A DNA stretch of 63,492 nucleotides, filler included, from Octopus bimaculoides (GCF_001194135.2; 7 parts of 7 records of this genome joined end to end with filler, not necessarily neighbours in it), one strand, 5' to 3'; numbered from the whole stretch's first letter, positions 1 to 12,259 are shown. A program made the numbers and translations. Notes: generated by a model from the sequence alone, not told the origin.

Positions 1-315
1 AAGACCTGGAAATAGAGATAACTCGAATGTGGAATCTAAAAACAGAAACAATTCCTATCATAGTAGGTGCCTTAGGTATAATAAAAAAATATTCAGACAA
101 ATACATAACAAAAACACCAGGACTTACAAATATATATAACATACAGAAAATTGCACTACTGGGTACTGCACACATTCTACGCAAAACACTTTCAATACAG
201 TAAACATAAGAGCACCACAGCAAACCACAGCACATACCCAAGGCGCACAGAGCTGCGCTCGGTAGTGAAGTGAAAGTACGTTATAAAAATAAAACTACTG
301 AATAATAATAATAAT
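1..315 (+). mobile_element. 3' end of R4/Dong-like RLE non-LTR retrotransposon (family A): ORF C-terminus, 3' UTR, (AAT)n tail
   Basis: 3..203 reads DLEIEITRMWNLKTETIPIIVGALGIIKKY...IALLGTAHILRKTLSIQ*, a typical RLE C-terminus. The 3' UTR matches the reverse complement of 29400-29500; AAT tail at 301-315. Confidence 0.9.
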
Positions 316-316
316 A

Positions 317-378
<62 letters not shown>

Positions 379-432
379 AGCATCGAAAAATACCTTATGA
401 ATGTATACCCAGGTTCGAAATAATTTCCCCAA

Positions 433-478
433 GACACTTGATGAAGGCTGGATGGTATATCAGCCGAAACGTTGTGTT
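433..478 (+). ncRNA. Penelope-type minimal hammerhead ribozyme motif, C3U/U17 variant
   Basis: GACAC-TTGATGA-A-GGCTGG(atggtata)TCAGCC-GAAAC-GTT-GTGTT: stem I, stem II and palindromic ACGU stem III all present. Confidence 0.6.
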
Positions 479-1469
479 AACAACAAACAAGATGAGGACA
501 AATATCCGTCAAATGTAAAAATATAAATAATGTAAACTAATTGGTGTCTTTATAGCAGATCTATGTTCCAGCACATCTACTGCTAGAGAGATCTAATAAA
601 AACAGGAAGACTAAACGATGCATAAACGCTTCCATGAAACATAGATAGTATGAAAGGTTAAATGGAAGCTATGTAGCTCAAATGCATAACAGAAAGCAGA
701 TGGCAATGGTAACATCAAATTGTGAAAATTCCGACATAGATAACAATAAAGTAAGCCCAGTTATTTTTTCCGATAAGTAGCATAAAGGATTTCTCCAGAA
801 ATATATGACAGGAAAAACGACTGAATTAGGAAAGGAATATGAATTTGCATGATTTTCTTCCATTTCATCAGAATGTTAGAGAAGAATATGAAATAAGAAC
901 AATCGGAACTCGAAATCGGCTCTCTGGAAGCTTCATTTCTACACTAAAAGTATTCAAACAAGGTTCTCATCACAGAGTTTACTTATCTGAGATTTCAACT
1001 TATATCCTAACCAATTTATCTCTACAAGCCCTTTCACTCCAACCAATAATTCTCATTGAAGTCTCTTCCTACTAAACAATAGACACGGAAACGACAGTTT
1101 TCTTTCAGAGAGAAGCTTCAACTCAACATGGTTCACCTCTCCTGTCTGTATACACTTATCCTTTTGCTTCTCTTATTTGAACTCTCATTTCTCCATTTCA
1201 GTTTCGTAACTATTCTATATTTCAATTTAGTTTGTCATCTATTAATTCAACTTTACTTTTCGCATTTTATTTTCTATTTCATATTTAATTCCTGCTTATG
1301 ATTTAAAGTATTAATTTAACCATTTACGTGTCAACATACACTGTTAGAACTTGTATTCTGCCGAACAAATCCGTACGCATTCCCTTAAACTGAAAACTTG
1401 CAGCGTCATTGTTGACATATGTCAGTGCTACATCCTACCCATTGTCAAGTAATTGGTTTTGCGATCAAG

Positions 1470-2400
1470 ACGCTAACCAATGGGAGCACTACAAGACTGC
1501 GTTGGAGGAAAGTGGAAAAGCATTTGATGTAGCCTTTGTCGATGAGATTTCACTGATACTAGAAACGAGATTTGGGCTACGAAAGCTAACTACTAAGCTC
1601 AAAGAACAAACTGGAAAGAGGTGACCAATAGCAAGATGTGGAAAGGAGATATTGATGTAGCTTGATACCATAACCTAACACTCCATCTTTATCGAACAGC
1701 AGATTATGGATGATGTGGACAATTTCCTCTATGTGGGCTGTGTGATCAGTAGAAGCATGGAAAGTGATGTGAACAACAGAATTGGCAAAATAAGGCCTCT
1801 ATTCTAATGCAAGCTCAAATCTGAGCAGCTCGAAGTAGTAAAGTCAGGCCATATAATGTTTTCTACTCCAAGCACAAGGCCAGACATTTTGGGGGAGGTG
1901 GCCAGTCGATTAGATCGACCCCAGTACGCAACTGATACTTAATTTATCGACCCCGAAAGGATGAAAAGCAAAGTCGACCTCCGTGGAATTTGAACTCAGA
2001 ACATAGAGACAGACGAAATACCGCTAAGCATTTCGCCCGACGTGCTAACGTTTCTGCCAGCTCGTCGTCTTAGTCAGGCCATATAATGCAATAGCTCTAC
2101 CAGCAGGGAAAATGACAGCGAAGATGGCCAAGAAACTTGATCCATTCGACCAATGTTTCCTACAGGAGAATCTAAAAATCATCAAGCGAGATAGAGACAT
2201 AAAGGAACGAACCTTTCCGTCAAGCAATTTTGCCCGGAAGCCATCCAACATACAAAGACTGCAGTGTCATGGATACCGAAAGAATGAAAATGAGAAACGA
2301 GCAGGTTCGATAACACCTGGAACTGGATATTCCATGAAGACCTTCAATACACAATGACTAGCAAGACAGGAGCGACAAGAGCTACAGTAGATCGATCACG
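1470..2400 (+). mobile_element. Degraded RTE-like LINE RT remnant, interrupted by a SINE
   Basis: Broken frames with KAFD-like and EQQIMDDVDNFLYVGCVIS...NNRIGK motifs; sequence continues after the SINE at 2089. Confidence 0.55.
1859..2071 (-). mobile_element. tRNA-derived SINE family 1 (probably Meta-domain type) with 17-bp TSD
   Basis: TSD AGTCAGGCCATATAATG at 1842-1858 and 2072-2088. Minus strand reads GAGCTGGCAGAAACGTTAGC...GAGTTCAAATTCC...CATCCTTTCGGGGTCGATAAATTAAGTATCAG...GGCCTTGTGC. Confidence 0.9.
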
Positions 2401-2447
2401 CTGGATGCCTGAGTATATAGCTAATGCTAATTATGTGCGTGCGTTTA

Positions 2448-2450
2448 TGC

Positions 2451-2545
<95 letters not shown>

Positions 2546-2566
2546 TAGACAGACAGATAGATAGAT
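2448..2566. repeat. Compound microsatellite (TA)n-(GA)n-(GACA/GATA)n
   Basis: Seen directly. Confidence 0.95.
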
Positions 2567-2884
2567 ATTAATCCATCTCATTGCATAATCCACTTTGACA
2601 CTCAAACTCCAACATTATTTTCACACCCAAATTAAGATTTCTAAATACAAACACTCGCACTGTTTCTACCTTTACATGTCTCTTGCTTCGTTCCAACATT
2701 TTATTAATCACATTCCAGAATTAATTTTTTGAACTTGAATTGTACGTCATGAATTAATTAAATTCAGAGTAATCTTCAAAAAGATACTTTCTCTCTAATT
2801 ATAATGCAATTAATATCATCCAATTGTATGAGTGTGTGTATGTATGAATGTATGTATGCCATATCATGTTTTCTTGATCTGACA

Positions 2885-3015
2885 TTAAACCCCATCCGGT
2901 GGTGAGGCCCCAGTTCGGGAGTTCTGGAATTGTGGGGTGCGTTGAATCATCCCTTAACTACCATTACTCTCAGGTTCGTTCTGACCTGGAGTCTCCTATC
3001 AATGGGTTAAATAGA
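2885..3015 (+). mobile_element. Dispersed SINE-like repeat fragment; related copy at about 47385-47495
   Basis: Shares CATCCGGTGGTGAGGC..CCAGTT...GGGGTG...CCTATCAATGGGTTAAATAG-like text with 47385-47495. Confidence 0.5.
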
Positions 3016-3570
3016 TTACCCAGGTGGCCCCTGTTATTTTTGACAAACTTGTGGAGTAAGCAGCTCTTCTAGAAGTAAGATACTTTGATATAAAACTTGC
3101 AGTCAAAATAGTTCCAGTCATCTTGCAATGCTTGTAGTGGAACCTACTATGGCGACTGAGAGAGTGGCAAAACTGTTGTACAAACTTTTGTCACTTAAAT
3201 CCAATGACATACAGATATTTCCCAATTCATTTGTGAGACGGCTATCATCTGACAAGATGAGGCAATCATCAATATCATGTAAAAAAAAACAGTATTTTTA
3301 AACCAGATATTTAGTCTATATTTAGAGCCTACTATTACAATGATATTACTTGAATGGGGCCTAAATTCATGGTACAATCGAAACTGCCGTATTAGTAGCC
3401 GAGACCTCTGAAATGAATATACGTAAAAAATCTTTGAATGACCGAAATATCAATAATTATCCATTAGAAGCATCAAAGCACATCCTAGTGAGTAAAAATG
3501 GGCCCCATAGCTCTTATGAATATCTACACGAGTTGTCGTACTTATATTCATTATATTTGATGATTGACTA

Positions 3571-4750
3571 CGAGGGTCAGCTGAAAGGTTCATAAGCTGA
3601 CCAAGATACTCTCATGGAATCGAACCAAATGAGGTTTATTTTCGACATAATACCCCTTACGGTCCACACATTTCTTCCATCGATGTTGTAGTGATTGGAT
3701 CCTATTGGAGAAGAAATTTTCATCCTGTTTGTCACAAAAATTCAACAGCAGATATGACGTCATTATCCCTACGATACTGATTCCCAGTCAAATGTTTTTT
3801 TTTTTCTTGTTAGGGAACAGATAATAGTCAAATGAGGCCACAATCATGCACAGCAGCTATTGAAATCAAGGACTTTTGTGCTGGAGCACTGTTTCTGATG
3901 AAACAAGAAGCCTTTCGTCATTCTCTTGATAGCCTTTCGTAACTGTCTCAGCAAGTTGGCATAGTAGTATAGTACTCTCCATTGATGGTGTAGCACTTTT
4001 CGATATAGTCAATAAATGCAATGCCTTTTGCATCTGAAAAAACTGAGGTCATTACTTTCCCTGCAGATGAAACAACTTTGACCTTTTTTGGAGCAAATGA
4101 AAAGAAGTATTTCTCATTGTCTCTGGCTCAAAGTGATGAAATCAACACTCATCCTGGCTTTGGAAATTTTCAAGGGAACCAGCTGGATCTGCAGGGAAAT
4201 TATGACAGATTTTCCTGTGATGCGATCAGCCTAATGTGCTTTTGATCAGATGTCAGAAGACGTGGCAACTACCGAGCAGAAACCATCATGTCAAGTTCAT
4301 TGTGTTGAATATTCTCAACTCTCTCACAGCATATGCTAATAGCATTAGCTATTTTATTTATAGTGAATCGCCTATCATCCATTACCATGTGGTGAACACG
4401 ATCAATGTTTTCCTCGGTGATGGAAGTTGCAGGACGTCCAGACTTTGGGTCATCTTCAAAACTCCATTCCCCTCCGAACTTCTGCGATAGAGCTGTAGCG
4501 TCATCTCCTAATGTAGCAACCATGTCGGTATGAATGTCCTTGGGGGGATAAACTGGTTTTCTGCAAGTACTTGATAATTTTGTTCATTTTCAACAAAATT
4601 CGCTATTAGTTACTTTTAGAGTATTTTTTAACAGCTGTCAGTTTAGGTGGAAAGAAACAATAAGAGAAGTTGAAATTAATGCATACAATATTTCACAGCT
4701 CTAGCATCACTCCGTCATAGTCAGCCTATGAACTTTTCAGCTCCTCATCA
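3571..4750 (-). mobile_element. Mariner DNA transposon, defective, with both TIRs and TA flanks
   Basis: Left TIR TA|CGAGGGTCAGCTGAAAGGTTCATAAGCTGAC; right end GTCAGCCTATGAACTTTTCAGCTCCTCATCA|TA. ORF 4269..4523 has FEDDPKSGRP...DRRFTI..IA...HNELDM.VSAR, the mariner HTH/WVP region. Confidence 0.92.
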
Positions 4751-5219
4751 TACTTTTCTCGAAACACACTCTTCAGTTACTGTATATCAGAGGTGAATTT
4801 TTATTCCTAGTTAGATCATTCAATACGATTTGAGGCTATAAATGTTAAATCGATATGATAAGTGATAAATACAGTGAAATAAAATCAGTTCATAAGTTTT
4901 GCTTAAGCATAGAAAACTGAAGTAGAAATATTATATGGCCCAAAAATTTATAACAACATCATAAATCTTGAACAGCTCAAACTCAAAATTTCATTAAAAT
5001 CTTACAAAATCACACTGTTCATTATCTTCATCTCTTCTTAGTCTCCTGGTGGAATGATATCATTGTTGTCCCTAATTGTAGACGTCGCATAGCTGTGGGA
5101 CGATAATAATAAACTGTATGTGTACTGCTTCATCGTCGTCGTCGTCGTCGTCATCGTTACATCATTATCATCATTCCACAGATATTTTGTCCTTTGTACC
5201 ATACAAACTGTTCGAAATT

Positions 5220-6420
5220 CCACCTTTTTTTTATCATTCTAATCATGCCATTCCACCTTTTTTTAATCATTTAATCATGTCATCTTTTCTTTCTTTCCTC
5301 AAATTTAAGGACCCATTCGTCATGATGGTTCTAAATATTCTATTGATACTGACATTTTATGATTGCTTAACTCTTCTCAAGGAATCACCGCAATTTAAGC
5401 AACCAAGCACTATCAACAAAGACTTTCATTAGATGCAATTTAAACTGATTCCAAACGAACTCTTTTCCTTCCGTAATCCACCAAGATGTAATGCAAATTC
5501 AAAACTTTTTTACCAGTCTCCTTCATCCAACCAGTCTCCTTCATCCATCCAGTCTAGTGGTTACACTTGAACAATTCTTTTTGGTAATTTCTCCCCGCTA
5601 TAGTTTCTCTGTTAAAAACAACCATTGATTTAATTTAATATCACCTGCCACACGAGAAAGTAAACAAAAGTCGATGTGATTTCCTCATGTCTAACAGTTT
5701 TAGACACTACTGTTTTCTCTCTTATTTAGTTCAATGTTCGTTCCCGTGGCATGTCAATATTAAGAGGTGCTTAAAAGGCGGAGAGCTGGCAGAAACGTGA
5801 ACACACCGGGCAAAATATTTAGCAGTATTTCGTCCGTCTTTACGTTTTGTATTTAAATTCCGCCGAGGTCGACTCTGCATTTCGTCCTTTAGGAGTCGAT
5901 AAAATAAGTACCAGTTGATCACGGGGGTCGATGTAATCGACATAGCCCCTTCTCCTAAATAGCTGGTCCTGTGCCAAACTTTGAAACCAATATTAAGAGG
6001 TGCTTCGTATATGTTTCCAATGTAAGATAAACTATAACATTCCTTCTGCTGTTTCCTGATTACAAATTGGCGAAATACTAGTCTGTTATTATCGACATTA
6101 AGAAACAGCTTTGCATTATTTTCACTTCTACCAATGTGCCAAATCATTCACTCTCATGAGCCTCCCGTTCTTTCCGGCACATACCTTAGAAGAAATAATT
6201 CAATTTTTCTTTGATTCCTTTAGTGCATAGATTTGAATTGTTGCACGAGTTACACATTTTCCATCTTTATGGTTTTCAAGTATCCAACTCTGCAAGTTTC
6301 TTCTTCGGTCAATAGTTCACCTCACTCAGCACACTAAGACTTTGCGTTGTTTGAAGATTATTCGATATCTTTCTCTAGTCTCTCTTTAGTTTCAGCGAGA
6401 CACTAAATTCTCTTACTACA
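5220..6420 (-). mobile_element. pogo/Tigger-like transposase remnant (CENP-B HTH plus DDE), interrupted by a SINE
   Basis: Manual minus-strand translation gives WILENHKDGKCVTRATIQIYAL (HTH), RQFVIRKQQKECYSLSYIGNIYEAPLNIDMPRERT...KTVVSKT.RHE, DWMDE, GGLRKEKS and AVIP, collinear with pogo transposases but full of stops and frameshifts. Confidence 0.75.
5773..5987 (+). mobile_element. SINE family 1 with 18-bp TSD
   Basis: TSD CAATATTAAGAGGTGCTT at 5755-5772 and 5988-6005; starts AAAAGGCGGAGAGCTGGCAGAAACG. Confidence 0.92.
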
Positions 6421-7045
6421 ACTTATTTGTCTTCTCGTCAGATTCAATGTCTTTTAGTTCTGTATCCTTGTCATTGTTTGTTTCTGTGCAATATTTTTCC
6501 ACAAAAGCCAAACTAAACGACTGTACTTCACAATCTATAATAACTAACACAACTGGGCTACGAAGTGAGATTGTGACATGACTTTCACCTGATTTTGATA
6601 CAGTCTTCCCAATCACCGTAGCTGACAGAAGTGGCCAGTTAGAATTTAGCCAAATTTTGGGACAATTTTAGTGAACACATTCCTGTCTCAAACATCTTAG
6701 CATCATCTGCAGTCAGTATTCCCTCACTTGGTGAAGATTAATTTTCTTGCTGTATCATTTAAACACAAGATACCTACTCAAACAGTAAGTGTTAATCTCA
6801 AGCCTGCAATACATTAGAGTCGACTTTTATACAACATGCATGGAACATTCGAGATATTTTATCCCAAAATGGAGACTAAATATAAGAAAAATATTATGTC
6901 GATATTTATTCGAGTATATACGGTATACACGAATAAATATCGACATAATATTTTTCTTANNNNNNNNNNNNNNNNNNNNNNNNNNNNNNNNNNNNNNNNN
7001 NNNNNNNNNNNNNNNNNNNNNNNNTATATATATATGTATGTATAG

Positions 7046-7112
<67 letters not shown>

Positions 7113-8051
7113 GTATGTATACGTTATTATTGTTATTGTTGTTGTTATTATTATTATATAATTTCTTATTCCCATAGAAACAGTTTGCATTTAAAGACTC
7201 TATATTTATTCTGCATCTTGCTTTATAAAATCTAAAATAATTTACTCCCCATACAGTTTCTGTTATTTCAATTTCTTTACATTTTTATTGTCTCTAAAGA
7301 TCAAACCAAATATTTTTTCACTGAGCTCTTTCTCCAGTTTCTTCAGGGATTGTTTTTTCCATCAACTTTCAAAAATCCTCATTTAGTATTCAGTTTTTCT
7401 TATGTGTCAGCATTTCCCCATTCCAACATTCAAATATTTGCAAATCCTGCGTTTGGCTCCAACGAATTGTGTCCCTTCCACCTTACCAGATAAGGAATTA
7501 ACTTTATAGTTCAATACTTTTACTTTCTTATACAGATTTCATATAGTTGATATTTGGATGTTTTAAAACTTCTGAATGATATTTTTTAACCGTTTCCTTC
7601 AACGTATCCCTTCGTAATACATAACTCCTACACCCACCGTACATATTCCATTTCGATCCCTCTTTCACTCCACCACTAATTTTCTGTTAATTACTCTTTA
7701 ACCTAGTTACGTGAAGTAACAACATTTATCTAATTAATTGTCAGAAATTCGTATAAGTACAAAACAATTAACAGAAATAGTTAGAACTAATAATCGAGGA
7801 TTATAAATAAACTGTGGCAGGTATATTAACAGCATTGTTACTCTATCTGCCACTGACCCGAACGAGGTTGGAGAGTGTCAAATTTCTTTACTGAATGTCA
7901 ATACTCTTTACTCGTAGTAAGAGAGAACAATAGCTTATAAGGTTGAGGGCTAGAGACAGATGGACCTAGGTCTGTATAGATGCCACACTGACTAAATTCC
8001 ATCCTCTTCTCTTTTTTTGTTTTTTCTTCTTCCTTCCCAGTTGATTTGTTT

Positions 8052-8172
8052 TTACTCTGAGGAAGACAGCATTGTGCTGATGGTTCCCTATATTTTCAGT
8101 CGGTCAGTCGATCGATTGATAAAACTGAACCATGAATGCACTCAAATGCATATCTGAAACAGCTGTAAGCCG
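8052..8172 (+). ncRNA. Hammerhead ribozyme-like motif with palindromic ACAGCUGU stem III and long stem II, in a probable Penelope terminal repeat
   Basis: CTGAGGA (8057-63), extended hairpin (8064-8155), GAAAC AGCT GTA (8156-67). Stem I is only 2 bp. Confidence 0.6.
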
Positions 8173-8378
8173 ATAATGAATAAATAACTGTATATAACCC
8201 ATTATTTCTGTCTATTTTATATATCACTGTAAAAACATACCATTTTAACTGAGTAATGCAACCATAGATTTACAATTTGTTTGGGTTATTGGAGCACAAT
8301 AGTGGTACATTTTTATCTGCAGAGAACATCAGAAGTATTTTTCCAAGATTATTGTCCTTTATTTATCCCTCTTTGTTT

Positions 8379-8412
<34 letters not shown>

Positions 8413-8424
8413 GACGCAAGCGTT

Positions 8425-8670
8425 ACATGATTCCGGGTTTCGTCCCACTGCGTGATACCTTGGGCAGGTGTCTTCGACTATAGCCTCGGGACAACCAAAG
8501 CCTTGTAACTGCATTTGGTAGACGGAAACTGAAAGAAGCCCGTTGCATTTGTGTGTATGCGTGTGTATGCGTGTGGTGTCTGTGTGTACGCGCGTGTGTG
8601 TGTGTATGTGTGTCTGTGTGTGTGCGCATGTGCATGTGTACGCATGTGTGTGTCTGTCTGTCATTGTTGC
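8425..8670 (+). mobile_element. tRNA-derived CORE-like SINE family 2, partial
   Basis: GATTCCGGGTTTCGTCCCACTGCGTGATACCTTGGGCAGGTGTCTTC...GGTAGACGGAAACTGAAAGAAGCCCG; same family as 43143-43517. Confidence 0.85.
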
Positions 8671-8879
8671 TCTATCTGTTTAAGATAATTAGCAAGACCA
8701 TAGCTGCCTTTTGCATGTATATTGCAAATACTACCACCTCACATTGTTTCCAAAATATGGTAGTAAACATCTAAAAGGGAGATAATCAGAGAATGACTTG
8801 AAAGTCAACGTAAGATCGTTATACTTCATGTAAAGTAAAGTAAATATAACAAATAATCATGTAAAGTAAATATAAGAAA

Positions 8880-9053
8880 TAATCCAGAATACCGGATCGA
8901 TCCCAAGATCTAATCAGGTCGTGCTAGTCACGAGGCCAAACATCCCAGAAAGTTTCATCCGAATCCATCCAGCGGTTCTTGAGATATCTTGTCCACTGAC
9001 AAACAAACACAACTGAAAACAATACCTCCGCCTTCGCTAAGGCGGAGGTAATA
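8880..9053 (+). mobile_element. Probable non-autonomous Helentron/Helitron-like (HINE/DINE-like) 3' part with terminal hairpin
   Basis: AAAGTTTCATCCGAATCCATCCAGCGGTTCTTGAGATATC...ACAAACAAAC followed by a perfect 12-bp stem TACCTCCGCCTT-CGCT-AAGGCGGAGGTA (9023-9050). Confidence 0.55.
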
Positions 9054-9611
9054 ATCACCATCATCGTACCGTTTTTGTTTAACTGTTATTTATTGAATTG
9101 TTGGATTGTTGCTATACCCAAAAAGTGTAGAGATAGAGAAGAGAACTGCTAAGATGAAGAACGTTATAAGAGTGAAATTAGCGGCCAAAGAGTGTAACGA
9201 AGGTTTTAAAACGGTTTTGTTGGAAAAAGAAAGAGGAGATAGATTGAAGGAGTTGTTTGGTGAAAGAATAGCGATGACAGGAATACACATTGGCTACGAC
9301 GAATTGCCGCCGGTGGTGGCCTCTGAAGAGTGTATGTTATAAACCAACAGATACAAGACCGATATGAACTGTTCATTTAAAAACAATAAAATGGAACTAC
9401 CTGCTTTGGTGGGGGAGGGGAGGAGGTAAGCCATTTCATTCCCATTTTCATTATATCCATAATTCATTCGATATGTGTTTCTATGTACCCCGAATGTATT
9501 GTGTTGTCTGTTTTTGTGTTGTCCCTTCTCTATCGAGGCCTTGTGCCTAATTAAAGAAATAAGGACGTTGCTGTTGCCTTGGTGGGGGTTTCCACTCTCT
9601 GAGTGCTCTTG

Positions 9612-9625
9612 TTATTATTGTTGTA

Positions 9626-9675
<50 letters not shown>

Positions 9676-9790
9676 CATCATCATCATCATCATCATCATC
9701 ATTATCATCATCATCACTATCATCATCAACACCACCACCATCACCATCATTATCACTATCATCATCGTAGTCATCGTCATCGACATAATT
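9612..9790. repeat. (TTA)n-(CAT/CAC)n trinucleotide microsatellite
   Basis: Seen directly. Confidence 0.95.
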
Positions 9791-9839
9791 ATTTCATTTA
9801 CACACAACAGATTAGACTGTTGGAAAAAACATTCCTAAC

Positions 9840-11195
9840 ATCAGTTGACAATATGTAACCTTAGATGCCAAGAGCCTTCCTAAGTATCTTAGCAGTCCTT
9901 AATAATATTGCTTTCTGGAGCTTCCCTAAACTAGTTTTTATGCCTGTTTCCTCTATCCATCTGTTCAAATCTTTGGGAATAGATGCTAATACACCTATAT
10001 CTAAAGGGATACATTTTACCCGCACTTTCCACACCCTTTGTAACTCAATGGATAGGTCCTTGTACTTTACTGCTTTCTCTATACTTCTCATATTGACTTT
10101 CTCATCATTTGGGACAGTAAAATCAATTACCTGGCACTTTCTATTCTCTTTGTGTGGTACTAATAGATCAGGCCTTCTAGCTTCAATTACTCATTCTGTA
10201 TGTTAAAAGCCCATATCTTATATTTCTTACTTTCTAGCACATTACTAGGTCTCATACCTAGTATACCATAAATGGTATACTAGGTTGCATACCATTTATC
10301 AATATGGTCAAATCCTAGCTTTCTACATAACTCCCGGTGGATTTTTCTAAGTTGTCATGTCTTTTCTTGTATTCTTTCTGAGCCAGCATACTAATTCACT
10401 AACCTACATTGGGAATCTACCTGATTTTTGCCTATCTTAGCTTTTATCCAATTAGTCCTTAATGCCTGGTCTTGTACTGCTACTAACAAACTATCTGTCT
10501 CCCTCCTCAGCATTTTGTTCTGTAACGATCTTTGGAGATTTACCATGAAAAACTTTCTCTTGTCAGTTAGATAATCGTGCTTTTTTTCTGGTTTTTAACT
10601 ACATTTATCTTTTATGGTTTCGCTATCTCCTACCATTACACTAGCAGCTCTTAATAAAATTCTCTCACTATTGCCTACGTAGGAGGCTCTATAGGCAATA
10701 GTAAGCCTTCTATTGATGTTAAACATCTACCACTTTCTTTTCTTGGTAAATACAATCTTGCTACTCCCACTCTAGGATGAAGTTCTCCATTCATATTGAA
10801 TTCGTATTAAATTCTTCTGTCTAGATATGCTAATTCGTACTTTGTGCAATCTACAAAAGTTGCTGTATATCTAAGCAGCGATACTGCCTTACAGCCTTCA
10901 CTAGCTTCCTCGCCCTTCTGGTGTACTCCTTCTCAATTTTCGTTTTCATTTCTCTCGTTAGTACTCAGTCAGATTTTAATTCTCCTAGATACTTATAACT
11001 TTCTCCTTCTTTCATTGATTTTAATGTCTGGCCATCTGGTAATTGAATGCCTTCACTGCTGACTACCTGTTTTTCTTTATGACTAATATCGTGCATTTAT
11101 CTATGCTAAATTTGCTGAAGAGTATTACAGTTTGTATTAAAGAATCTAATTTTTATAATAGATTTACCATTAATTCTGTGAAATATTCATGGGTC
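9840..11195 (-). mobile_element. 5'-truncated R4/Dong-like RLE LINE (RT C-terminus, Zn finger, RLE) with TAA tracts at both ends
   Basis: KC..L...YKYLG (about 10990-11110); RRPDLL..KENRKCQVIDFTVPND; ORF 9861..10091 EKAVKYKDLSIELQRVW...LLRTAKILRKALGI*. Confidence 0.9.
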
Positions 11196-11201
11196 CTGCT
11201 A

Positions 11202-11260
<59 letters not shown>

Positions 11261-11559
11261 ACATTTGATAGTTTCAGGCAGATTTCTACTGCATCACCTG
11301 CTGCACCTCCGTGTTGCTGGGGTGTTTGCAGCCTTGTGTGTTCTTTCTTGTTGTTNNNNNNNNNNNNNNNNNNNNNNNNNNNNNNNNNNNNNNNNNNNNN
11401 NNNNNNNNNNNNNNNNNNNNNNNNNNNNNNNNNNNNNNNNNNNNNNNNNNNNNNNNNNNNNNNNNNNNNNNNNNNNNNNNNNNNNNNNNNNNNNNNNNNN
11501 NNNNNNNNNNNNNNNNNNNNNNNNNNNNNNNNNNNNNNNNNNNNNNNNNNNNNNNNNGT

Positions 11560-11572
11560 GGTGGTGGTGGTG

Positions 11573-11642
<70 letters not shown>

Positions 11643-11700
11643 CAACAGCAGCAGCAGCACCAACAACAACAACAACGACTGTGGCAGTAGTAGTATGCGG
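11560..11700. repeat. (GGT)n-(AGT)n-(CAG/CAA)n microsatellite beside a gap
   Basis: Seen directly. Confidence 0.95.
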
Positions 11701-11772
11701 TTCTTGTGGCCTATAAAGAAAGAATTTTTGTTATTATTATTAGTATTATTATTATTTTCATCATCACTGTTG

Positions 11773-12124
11773 TTATAATGTGCTAATCCGGTCTCTGAAA
11801 ACCTGTCTCGACGGGAAACACGCGTTTAGTTTCCAGTAACCGGGACCCTGCCTATGTGCCTTATCTAAGTCTAGCGTACACGTCACAAGTTTGTGATCCG
11901 TGTAGCTGACTATGTGGAACTGTGGACATCCTAAACTATCTCTATCTCTTGTCCGACACACTATCCTATCTAGATACGATCTCGACGATCCAATGCGGTT
12001 GCTCCAAGTCCACGTTGGCACATTTGGGTGGTCGAGTCGGTACCTGTCAGACAACTGGAAGCGTCTGAGCAGGTCTATGAGGCCTTTGCATCCCCTTCTA
12101 GTTTTGTCACTCCCCACGTAGTCT
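11773..12124 (-). mobile_element. Tx1/L1-clade LINE apurinic-like endonuclease fragment
   Basis: DRYRLDHP..PTWTW...SRSYLDRI...TDHKLV...GPGYWKLN, characteristic of the end of the L1/Tx1 APE domain. Confidence 0.85.
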
Positions 12125-12168
12125 NNNNNNNNNNNNNNNNNNNNNNNNNNNNNNNNNNNNNNNNNNNN

Positions 12169-12180
12169 TTAATTAATTAA
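12169..12180. other. Artificial contig linker TTAATTAATTAA inside a 100-bp N spacer; also at 30080, 37791, 43087, 51545, 60086
   Basis: The same 12-mer, a stop in all six frames, sits within about 44 N on each side at six sites. Confidence 0.95.
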
Positions 12181-12224
12181 NNNNNNNNNNNNNNNNNNNN
12201 NNNNNNNNNNNNNNNNNNNNNNNN

Positions 12225-12259
<35 letters not shown>

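Noticed and set aside
7440-7500. Chromodomain-like YLVRWKGH...EP on the minus strand
   Set aside because: Upstream stops and no preceding acidic/EVE motif; probably chance.
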